Made by a program: the position numbers and the translations under genes
The notes under the pieces: model-generated
What the model saw: only the letters and a program-made list of their open reading frames with translations
Database searches by the model: none
What the model was told of the DNA's origin: nothing
Shown here: piece after piece, positions 12,501 to 24,500 of the stretch
Position numbering within the stretch: position 1 is the stretch's first letter
Layout: each line of letters starts with the position of its first letter
Assembly: GCA_002633005.1 (NCBI GenBank)
Contig: NMRA01000862.1
Location: 52,895-116,894 of the forward strand
From: Phoronis australis
Taxonomy: Eukaryota > Animalia > Phoronida
Direction: 5' to 3'
Length of the DNA: 64,000 bases

Positions 12501-15500
12501 CGAGACCGGCAGCTACGCATTTGTCGGCAAGATTTCGCCCTGGGATTTCATCACAATTTTCTGAAAAATGATCGTAATTTTACAACGCATTTTGATAGCA
12601 ATGCACCACAATTTTGTAGAAAGTAAATAATAATATTCTGCACGCTTTATCTTAGCGCGGTAATGCATAAAGTTTGCGTACGTTAAGTGAGTTGACCCAG
12701 AACCGGTGATTGTGTTGAGGCGTAATCCTCAAAATTGCTCATGTTGGCTTGGTTCTGGTCAAGCGAAAACAAGTTTTTTTTTTACTACCAACCGCCGTGA
12801 AGTATTTGTTACTGTTTCTTTGAAGGGAGATATTGTTGGGCAGTTTCCAAGATACGTTTTCTTGCAGCCCTGAAAATGGGCGCTGCATACTTTAGGCCTG
12901 TGCTACATGTAAGAAGTCGGAAAGAATTCACTAAGTCGGCCTTTGCTACCAGCTCTACCGATGTCTCTGACCTATGTTTAACGCAGTTCTTGATCCTTGG
13001 GAAACAGGTAGTAACTAAATTCTTTATCTCGCTAACTGGTATTATAGCATGCCAGGCACACAACACGTATAACCTCCATGTGGCCGGTTCGCCCTCACGC
13101 GTGCCGACGTACTTGTTTACCGGCTTAACCACAATGCAACATTCTGACCCATTTCCAATATGGCGGCGTTGTAACTCCGCTATTGGACAGTATTTACACC
13201 GTGAAAACAAGGCTGCGAAGCCGTAAAATGTGTTTGAGCCTATAACTTTGGTAGAACATAATGTTTTTGGGAAATATTTCACCAGTGTTCATAGATCCCA
13301 TTAGGCTACCTTTGTGTTACATTTGGTGAAAATCGGCCGACTACCACCTTGTCGCTGGATGGCTGGTGCTCTCGTGGACTAGTATTTAAGATTTTGATCA
13401 GTACATTTAGTCTCAACTTTCGAGCTTGTAGCACGAATATAAGGGTCATCAAGTGGAAACTTTGTCTAGAACCTCATGCATAAACTATAATGTATTCAAG
13501 CACAGCCTGATAACCAGTTATCTTAATTTGCACAAAAAGGAGCAGAGAAATTGCCTAAATTAATTTCGAGTTGGTTTCGAGTACAAAGATTTGAGCCCGG
13601 GCCCTGGACTAAGATACGCTATCACATGTTGACGCGCCTTTTATTTTTATTTTTCAAATAAGTTAAATATTTGTAAGATATATGCTAATATTTTCACAAA
13701 TCTTCGTTTCAAATTATGAACAAACTATGTAACAACGTTTTTTAATGAACATATGTTGTTTTTATTCGCTTTTCGAGCTCCTCCTGACATGACATGTTCA
13801 TTGGAAGTTTTGCAGAATGACGTGTAAATTTTTTATTGGCTTATGAAACGTGAATAATCGAATCGTCAGCTTTCATTGGATCAAAATATGGGCGATATTC
13901 ATCGCGTTGAAAAACTGCCTTGCTTTGATACTCAATAGTCGTCGTTAGTAGTCATGTGCGGGTCACTAGACCATGCTTGATGCACGAGTTGATAACGGAC
14001 ACCAGCCAACCACTTTGCTATCGACTACCGATACGTCAAGGTTAACAGAGTTTTTCACCGTCAGAATTCACCCTGTTCCTGTCTTTGCTTCCAAGCAGGA
14101 TCGTGCATTTCTTTTCTGATCTTGTTTCCTATACTTCAAACCTGTACTGGATATGTATGCGATCTATTGAAATTTGGTTGTAAACCTCAATTTTATAAAA
14201 TACATAAGCCGTTCTTTGGTTGTCATGGCGAATATTTATTAGGTCAAGAAACTGTGGAAACGCTTCATCCATCGATGTGCTAGTGGTAACCAGCCAGCCT
14301 TTGAAATAAACAAAAAGACGAGTGATGCAATGACCAACTTCCGAGATCTTCGTGGGTCCAACTGAGTTGTGTTCCCTCGGTTTTCTGTTCTAACATTTTC
14401 CTTACTGTCCGAAACCCATAAAAGTTCGTGTCATATCCCGTGCATATAAAATTTTGGCATATATTTTAGCACGGGTAACAAAACAAGTCGTAAAACTTAA
14501 ATAGCAACCTATCAATAATCGATTTGAAGCACTGTGTTTGAATTTATCTGCTTACTCGCAGTGTCACTATGCCAGTTTAAAAGAATTATATTTAAAACCT
14601 TTAACAAATATCAAACGAAAAAATTCAAAATGCTTTTACGGTAAGTAAAATATACCAATCTATCAATAAACGTCTATTGAAAATCTTTTCTTTTCAGATG
14701 TCGTTTGCACAGTTGCTGAAGGTACAAATGCATACATTACAACCCCAAACGTTCAGAAAGGCACTATGGTGAACTTTAACGAGGTGGTCGAGTACCAATG
14801 CGATTCCACGTATGAGCAGAGAGTAGTCAGTGGCTCGCTGTCAATAAAATGTGTCGGGGAAAGTGGCAGTCATGATGGCTGGGACAACGAGGCTCCAACT
14901 TGTGAGGGTAATTATACATGAATACTATACAATGCAGCCCACATGGAGTGCACAGGTTTCCATGTGTGCTACGCTGTATCAAAATAAACGCGAGCACGCA
15001 CATTTGTTCGACAGCACGTTTAGAACGATCACAATAATTTAATCACCATCTGACGACAGCGACGGCCAACATTGTCAAGGTTAGTGCCAACACATTATTT
15101 AACCAAATAGCAGGAAGAAATTACTAGGCTGGTTGTCTCTTCCTGTCAATATGTATGTACGTTGACCACCTGTGTCATGTTTCTTTCCCAAGAGCCAAGG
15201 AAAACGACGCAAAATTGTCACATTGCATATTACGGTATATTTACAATTTCAGTCACCGCTCTAAATTCTTGTACACGCTACCCTAGAGCAACTTGTACTA
15301 GTGCTGCCTATTCCACTTTTGATTGGAACATCCACAAGCACTTATGCAATAAAAGGGGTAAAGCGAAAGTCTTTCGCTCCGTGCAGTGACAATGAAAAAC
15401 TTAATATACTAAAACTGGACGCAAAAGAACACCCGTATACTTGTATGCGTCTAACCACAGGTGATAATTACGTCCGCCACACAGCGATTAGAAGTTGCGC

Positions 15501-18500
15501 AAGTTACCCTAAAACAAGTTACTCAACTTCGATAAGGTGGTGCAACTTGCCACAAATGAAGTAAATTGCACAGATTTATATAGTGTCCACACAACCCTTA
15601 AAGTCTATCTTGAACGGTAACACTTGTAAATTTGGATCCTACAGTACATTAGAGCATCGCTCTATCCCCACTAGTTCTATAAATTGTAAAATGTAGCTAA
15701 CTGTTAGGCGTATTGGTTTGCTTTTGTCTACGTCACCGCGAGAATCCCTTGATTCAAACAGTTGCGAATAACCTGCACGCAATGGTGTTCTAATCAGGCC
15801 CCTATTCAATACAGCTGTTTTCTGCCTTTTTGTTGTTTGTGTTGGAATGTCGCGGTGACGCAATATGACCCAAAAAGGCATCTTCACCTATCAGTAGACG
15901 GGCTTACATTTACGTGATTAAATTCGTGCACTGTAAAGCTGCCAAATTAGTTAAGAACTGTGCAAATGCAACGCCTGGGCATTCATAGTTAGCAGCCCTG
16001 CTGTAATGAGGTTGTAGGAATATGCGCAGCTTGAATAGGTGGTGCCATTTATGTGAAGGTCTAAACTACACGTAAGCGTATGCTAGGCGGGTTTGACGGT
16101 TTTTATGGGGGGAACGTTGTCACGAATAAATTGGCACTGTTAGTTTAATTATTTTATTTTATTTTATTTTATTTTATTCTATTGCTCTGCTCGTGCAGTA
16201 ACAGATAGCACTTGATTAACGTGACCCATGAGGCCAGGTCAGTGATGATGTAATTTGGTTCCAGTTGTATGATAGGAAGATTCTAGTATGTTAATGATTA
16301 GAGTAGTGTGGAACATTCTGGAACCTTGAATTCTTTTGTAGAAGTATTGGGTAGATTTCGGAGAGTTTTTGAATGTGCTCGTTTTGGCGAAAAGTTCCAG
16401 AACATTGTCTTGAGACTAAAACTATCCAGGAAAGTGTACTTAGAGCTCAGTGAAGTTGGTGTTCAGAGAGTTACAGCTGAGTTACAGAGAAGACAATCAG
16501 CAGCTACAGCTAAAGTCGATAGAGAACCAGCTAATGAGACAGCATTTTATTGAATCAACTAACAGTTGGTGTAGGTGTCTCAGAAGATCATCACAAGTGA
16601 AGGCGTCGCAGCACTAGCTGGAGCATAGAACAAACATTACGTCAGACGTTTTGCTTCCGTAGACTTGTGAACGAACGATCCAGCTTAAAAAGCTATTAAT
16701 TCGAGCCAGGCTTCAGTCTATAGTCGAACCGAAAGCTATTTGCGGATATGGGAATCAATATAAGTCCACAAAAAACGCGGGGAAATCTTGATAATTGGCG
16801 AACACGCCATGCCCTTACTGACTGAGTAGACTGTTGGAATTAACGACTCATTATTGAGACAAAATCTCAACTTAGAGATTTGATGGCCCTCAGACAAGAA
16901 ACGGGTCTACAGGTGGACTAACTTAGACAAACTGCGGAGAAACAACAAAATGAGGTCCGTGCGGAGGCTGACAAGAGAAAGCAATCTCGCGAGCCTGAAA
17001 GGAGAAGGCAAGTTCGAGAGACTGATGCTGACGAGAGATAGCAATCCCGCGATGCCGAACAGCAAATGGAGAGAGAAAGGGTGAAAAATAAAGGGCAGCA
17101 GCGGCACTGAGAATTGAACAGGTTGCAGCTGAGGGTAAAGCTGTTGGAAAAACTGCTGGCATAAAACCGAAGTTACCCAAGTTTGACGAAGAGCAGGACG
17201 ATATGGTCAACTTCATGAAAAGTTTTGAAAGATACGCCGAGAGCCAGGCTAGGACCCAGAGTAAATGCGAAATTAGTTTCAGTTAACTTTTAACTGGCAA
17301 GGTCCTGCGGATTTACACCAGTCTTTTGATGGCTGATGCATTGGACTACATTAGAACTAAAAGAGGTCTTGCTAAAGCGGTATGAGCTGACTGGGGAAGA
17401 CCTTTGCAGGCAGTTCAGGGAAGTGAGAATAGAGACTCGTGAGACGGCTTACCAAATTGTGGCTCCCGTACAGTGTTACTTAGACACGCGGATTGACATG
17501 TCCAGCTGTGGCAAAGACATTGCCGTACTGAGGGACTTGTTGGTAGGTGAGCAGTACGTGAACAGTACCTGAACATTTATACTAAAACTTTGGTCATGTT
17601 TTTGCAAGAGCGGGCACTCAACTCTGTTCCAGAGATGGATGGCTTGGCAGAGAGATATATTGAGGCCCATGGAATGGACATAACAAGCACTCGGCCGGCA
17701 ATAAAAATGTCCCAAAAACTACCAGTCACCCCAGTCAACCAGAGGGTTCACCAAAAGAAGACTGATCCCGCAGAGGAATGATTGCACTTCTGCCACAAAG
17801 CTGGATTCCTGGATAGAGACTGTCGGGAGCAGTGAAGAGTGAAGCAAAAAGTCAGCATCAGTCAACCACCGAGGTTCCAAAGAGTAAGGAGGCGGGGTCA
17901 GTGAAGCTTGCTAACCCTGAACGCGCCTACGAAGGAAAGCCTCGTTTTACAACATTCTTTCACTTCACAATCGGTCTAAACTAACACCGAAAGTTAACCT
18001 GCAATGGACTACGATTGGACTTTTGGTAGAAATGACCAACGTATTAAAGACGGCGTTTTGTACTGTGTTTACGTGGGTGGAAACAAACTGGCTAAAGCCT
18101 TACCAAGACACTGGCATTTTAGCCAGAAAGGCGAATTGAGCTGTCCGTACGCTTGCAATTATTTTTGCTCTGCACCTGAGTCACTTTTAAGGGAAAATTG
18201 GATCAAGACACGTCCACTCTCTTCATAAGATGATTGATGTGGTATAGAAAAAAGTGTCTTGCCGCTGCCCATGTACATATAGGTACTAAAAATAAACGGT
18301 TTGGTTGTAAAAGTACGACAAAGTTTTGGGATAGTTGAATTTATCAGGAAAGTGCTGCCCAAATTGATTCTTGAAACCGTTCACATCACCGGCATTTTTG
18401 ATGCTAGCAAAGGTGCTAGATTTTAGCAAGCATGGTTAAGTTCTGGATATTGCTGATCTGAAGGTTAGCCTTGCTTTAAACATTTATATTTGTGAAATTT

Positions 18501-21500
18501 GTGTTCGATATCAAGAAACTCCATTTAATCAACTCTTAAATGACCTTTAAAAACGTCTTTAATTATTCACGTCTCTGCAGATATTATTTGCCAAGAGCCT
18601 TCGGTTGGAACTAACGCCCAGAAGATGACAGGCACACCTCCTTACAAACGCGGCGACCACATTACTTACCAATGCCACGCTACATATAAAGTAATCAGTG
18701 GCTCAAACGACATATCTTGCTCTGAGACAGCTCTTTGGTCGGACAATCCTGTTTCATGTGGAGGTGAGGATTTTAGTTCATTGACACAACTTAGTGTAAT
18801 GCAACTGCCCTCAAATTGTTGGTTAGTCAAAATAGGGATGATTTATTGGCTGACAGTTCCTAACTTATCTCGTCTGACCTAGTCACATTTCAGCCCACGC
18901 TACAATTTCATGGCTTGTCAGTCCTTCTCAAACTCAGATCCCTTCTCATCCGAGTAAGGAATAAAACTAAAACTACGCTATACCTGCAAGGGGCCTAATT
19001 CTAAACGTCTTTTTGTCAGGAAGCTCTGGTTTCGTGTCACTTGAAATCCAACCGTTTGTGTTAGTTAAGGAAACACCCTTGTGTTGTCTTTGCATTGAAC
19101 AGAATCAGGTATTAATTATTTCAGTCAACACAAACCATTTACCTGTACAACAAAACTTGGATAATTGACATACGTGAACGCAAACACTGTTTACTTTGAG
19201 GTAACACTCACGTCCGTGAGAGTAGCACACATGAAGCTGAAATACTTCTGATCTGAGCATTCCGTAAGGTCGAAGATCTTTTTTACTAATTATTCAAGTG
19301 ATGCCCAGTAAAAACCTTTATTTTGTTTTTCAACCAATCGAGCTACTTAGCAACATTTCGAATACATTAGTGAGAGCGACGAAGTTTGATTTTTTACCCG
19401 GTGCCTGGGAGTATAGTTGCGGACAAATTGGGAGTTTATGACACTACCTAGAAATAAGGCCGTTACGCCGAATCCTAACATTTCAGAAAAACATTAAGGC
19501 AGATTTGTTCTTTCAGAAATTTCTTTCCGGGTTTACGTCTTTCTAATTTTGAAATATGCTGAAATGCTAAACTGGGAACTTCCATGACATTGTTGACATT
19601 GTTTTCTATAGGTGTGTTCTCAAATCATTTCGTGGCGTCGAATGGAGTAAAGAAGGATGTAGCCATCTTCTTCACGCTTAAGTTTTTTCAAGGTTACGCC
19701 GGGTACACTGACGGCCGTCCTTAAACAGCCTGGTTTTCTTGTATTCAAAGGACCCAAAAATTTTGTTTTAATACCTCCAAATTGGGTGTGGAGTCTTTGT
19801 TGTAGTACCATACAAGGAACTGCGTTCATTGAATGAAGTCGCAAATGAGTCGTGTGGGTGGCTTTCCCTTCTTTATGGCGTAAATTGCTCAAGGGATCAT
19901 TGTATTCATAAGGAAACTAGTCTCTGTCACCGGAAGTAGAATTTAGAGTAATTGTACCAAGAGGGTAAATTACTGGAGATTTCGAGAGTTCTAAGTCGTT
20001 CCGTACAAGCACAGAAAGTTACTGTTTCGTTTCACAACAAAATGCAGATGATGCTGTGAAGCAAGGACAGTGAAAAGTGTTCAAGGCATCCCAATCGTAA
20101 CTAACACTGTTGAAGCCCATCACGGGTGATTGTGTTAACTAGCTATCAAGTTCTTTGACCAGGTCCTTCAAGTATTATCACTTTGAAGTCTTATCTCCAC
20201 TTAAAGAATCACTGTCCAATTTATCCGTAATCCTGCTTCTGTCGATTATCTATTGGAGTTCCGAAGAACATTCAGTCGAATTTTTCACCCATTAGCTCGT
20301 AAGCGCGGTTACTACTGCCGCATAGGAAGTCGGTCACGTACCGCGCTAATGTTTTAGGATTACCCAGAGGCACAAAACTTGTAGCCCGTTACTTTTCAAA
20401 ACACAATGGCTCTCGTTAGTTCTTGTTCATTTTTCACACATGGCTATTTGTGACCGACATCTTTCTGAGTCGACAGTGTAACCGTCACTATATCAAAGGC
20501 AGCTTCATATGGATAGAAGTGATCGTCTTATTCAACTACATACCCATCGTCTTCTATTTTTCAGAAAGCGTTTGGTGTATCTAAAAATGTTTACACATAT
20601 CTATGCTTTGTTTGTGCTATACATGTGCAAGGCTCAAGGTGGCGAAAAGCGTGTCCCGTTCTCTTTCACAAGTTTCCGCAAACTCTGCATAACTGCGCCT
20701 TGGTATATTTGTTGTTGTTGGTTTTTGTAACACTGACGACTATATTAAAAGATATAATTGCCAAAAATAGTTCGCAGTTGATTTCATAAGAGATTTTCCC
20801 TTAAATTGTGGATAATTGCGAACTGCTTGCCGATGGCATGTCTAGTGATTATACATGTAAACATTGATTCTGGTCAGTGAAATTGCATCATATGTTACTC
20901 ACATATTACGCCTCTGCAGTGTTGTAAACGTTGCCGAAAGACTTAAAGTAATTGCGACATGTCTCCCTCATTTACAGATATGTAACACGGCTGATTGCGG
21001 GTCACTTTTGATTGAATACATGCGCCTTACGTGTAAGTGAGTCATTCGCGCACACAGGGGTGGCTCGTAGGGCTCGAACGAGCAACCCATTTGGCGAAGT
21101 GGCCAAAAGGGTCCCCCTCAGAGAAACAAGAATTCCGAAAAAAGGGGAAAATCAGACAAAAGTCCAATAAAAACGCAGGAACTACCAAAATTCGGCAGTT
21201 CATAGCTCTGAACGTACTCCGTGAATCTTGGTAAAAGGTCCACATTCTCAAAAATTTGATTCCCAATTTTTAGGCTGGGTGCGCGTGCGTGAATAAAACA
21301 GCTTCGTAGCCTAAAAATTCCGACAATGACCGAATGAAAATGTAGAACCAATCAAAGACGTTCACAGTAGTTGTTTTCGACTCAGGCAGAGCTGCTACGA
21401 AAGAACCCAGAGTTTGAGCAAGTCACTACCAGCAGACTTCTTGTAACGCAGTAGTGATCACGTGACAATCGGAAACTTGATAATTATGTCTTACCCATAG

Positions 21501-24500
21501 TTATACAGTGACTATAGTGCAGAAAAATCTTTCTTAAAGTCCTTACCTCAAAGGGCATTCTAGTTAAAACAAAAATATACACCAAATTAAGTAATATGTA
21601 ACATGGCATAATGTTCACATACTTTCTGTTATCAAACTAAAAGCCTTTTTAGCGCAGTTTTATACTTTGGCCGAGAGCGGAAAATTCTCGGCTATTTCCG
21701 TCTATTTCCGTGACCTGAGTACCTGTGTGTCACTCAGGAACGATTTCTGAATATCAGTCATGTTGTCCTTGAAAACGTATTGACATCACCTTGAGCGTAA
21801 ATGCGCTGTTACTTTGCTTGGTTATCTTTGGTTCCCCTTTTGGTTCTTTTTATACAAACTTGATTATTTAGTTCCAAATTTTACCTGTTCTTTGCATATG
21901 ACAAATGCTATTTAATGTATAATATAAGTTTGTGAAGTACCGTCGCAAAGTCTCCCGCAGCCAACGCTGAGCTACTGTGGTCAGCTTGACTCATCTCGAG
22001 GGTGCGTCAAATATCAGCAACGTTTAGGTAATAAATTAGAAGAAAAAAATCTTCATCAACAAATTTCTTATCTTTATCGCCATATCGTGAAATTGATGCA
22101 AAGTACCAGCCTAAAATGAGCAATTGCCGTGTCACGGTGACGACCCGAACGTAACTGGCAGCTAATCGGCACCGGCTTTACTGGCCGTTCAAAATGTGAA
22201 ATAGAAAAAACATACCAATACGGCGATGTTTCGACAAACAAAAACAAGCTTTATCTCAAAACATGGGGGGCTCAACATCTGTGCTTGATTTTGCTGCTAG
22301 GCACACTAACCGGCGAGGTACCGGTAATTCTCCGGCTTGCAGTCGCTGTGAGACTTCGCCGCGAAAATAATCACTTGCTTAATTGGCTTTGATTTTCATT
22401 TATTAGGGAGAATATATCTCCAAACCTCACAAAAACAAACTTACAACATATACTGTTCCTCTGTTGTCTAGATATAAAAATTCCGCGCCGCAAACCGTAA
22501 TGAGTTTTAGTCAATGAGCTGAATGTCGGCGATGAGAAGATATTGCAGTACTAGAAGCATCACATATTTTTAATATCTTTGTCACATGAATGAATTGTAC
22601 TTCCGGTTTCGCGGTTAATTCAAAATGGCGGTGTGATATTCTGGTAGGAATCGTGAGTGACGCGTTTATTTAAACTTTCTTCGACTACGGATTGTGTATT
22701 GGTTATGGGATAAGTACTGCGTGGTTCTTTATAATGTCTTCTAACCATTTAATAAGCCTATAAAACGTGTGATTCTAGCACTTAATATAGTGAGGGTCAT
22801 AAAAATTGGATGGCTGAGCGTGCAGTTACTTATTTGTGAAATAGGAAGGATTCATCCTTTTAAATGCTAATGAGCAAACTGACAATCCCCGGGCAGCAAG
22901 CGATATCGTCATTCCATAGATTTATTGGAAATGCAAACCCAAAAATCGAGTTCTCTGCATTCCCAAGACGTGGTCTTGCTGAATTTGAAACTGAGTAACT
23001 TTTCGCTGGAAAGCTGTGAACAACACATATTTTGATAATTTGTAAGAAAAAATATAGCGTACAATTACATGTGCGTGGAAATACAAGCTGCTTAAAAAAC
23101 GGGCACCCTGACAAAAGTTCCTCGCCCTCCATCCCTCAATGTGTAAACCGTGCACGGATCAGAATGACCGATTCGTGCATTTGCACTTCCTTTAGTTGGT
23201 CCGTGCGTTATGTATTAGTTTGCGTCAGTCGTAGCGCTACCATGCGGTACTAGGGTGTATCATGATGGCTCCCACAACACAGTGATGATACTGAAATGTG
23301 ATGAACAACGTCATAATTACATTGTGTTGTCACTGTCTTCACTTCGTGTATTCGTAGCATGACGCACTTTGTCCGTGAGACATATAAAATTGGCTCTTCT
23401 GTGTGGCTCCACAAGGTGCAAAGAAGGCGCGTTGACGTTTCTTGGCTGTAGCCAACAAGGATGAACAAGGTTCAAAGGAAGCCGCTAGGACCATCACAAC
23501 AAATAAATGTGCTCAGATATCACCCTGCAAGACAAATACCAAAGTCTGTGTCAACCTGGCCTTTGTGCCAGTTTGGGCCTCCATCATGTGCCTGCCATAA
23601 CAATAAATGTTCTTAAAGATGTTAAACAATTTAAAAGAAATAGAACAATACGTGACTTAGAAATTATATTTATAAACGTAGACCAAACTAGTTGTGGACT
23701 GCATTTAATATCGTGAATTCAAACATTAAAATTCTACTCTTTATTTGGTAACACTGAGTATCAATCAAGTTTTCACAATGGACATAATAACTGAGGGGCT
23801 AAGCTTCGCGATACTCAGTAGACTGAGGAACCTGCTAACGGCTTCTTGAAATCAAATCACGTTGTCAGCCCTAATGAATGTTTTAGTTGCAGGTCAAAGA
23901 AGCCAATAAGCAATCATCCTGCATAGTCATTTACATGAAACCAAATGATGGCTAAAACTTTCCGAACTTCTGTAATCAAATTAATCACTTGCAAGTTTTC
24001 TCACAGTTCTTCTTGTTCATTTTCAGTAAAATGCGATCCCCCGGCAGTATCAAACCAATGGAAGAGTGTAAATGCCGTTCCGGACCCAGCTCTACCAAAC
24101 GCTATTATAACGTATCGATGTGGAATCTGCTGTGAGCCAAATAGCCCTTCTCAGGCAGAGACGATATATACGTGCAGTGCTGCCGGGCAGTGGACTGTAA
24201 CGGGCGATCTTCAGTGTAAAGGTGAGGGTCGTTCTTTTTTAAATGCTCATTGTAGGTGATACAGTGTACAATAATTGGAGTTAACTTTCGAAAGCGCTCG
24301 GAAGCATGGAATTTCCGTTAAATCCGTGCCATTTCCAAACGTGCCTTCTTGTTGTTATCAGGCTAATGAAACAAACGCTGATCATGGGTGTAACACTCTT
24401 ACTACAAAGCACAACACTCAGCGCCCGTCCTGAACACTTACCTCGTACTGCAAAACACTCAACTTGAAGTTTAACCCTTCCAGTAAGAAAAATAAGTATG

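Noticed and set aside
12809-13282. 157-aa and 116-aa overlapping antisense ORFs
   Set aside because: No recognisable domain or splice context; they lie in repeat-like intronic DNA.
10846-13312. TTAAAGGCAACC start with a degenerate inverted match near 13300
   Set aside because: About 11/14 match and no right-hand TTAA, so the boundaries are unsupported.
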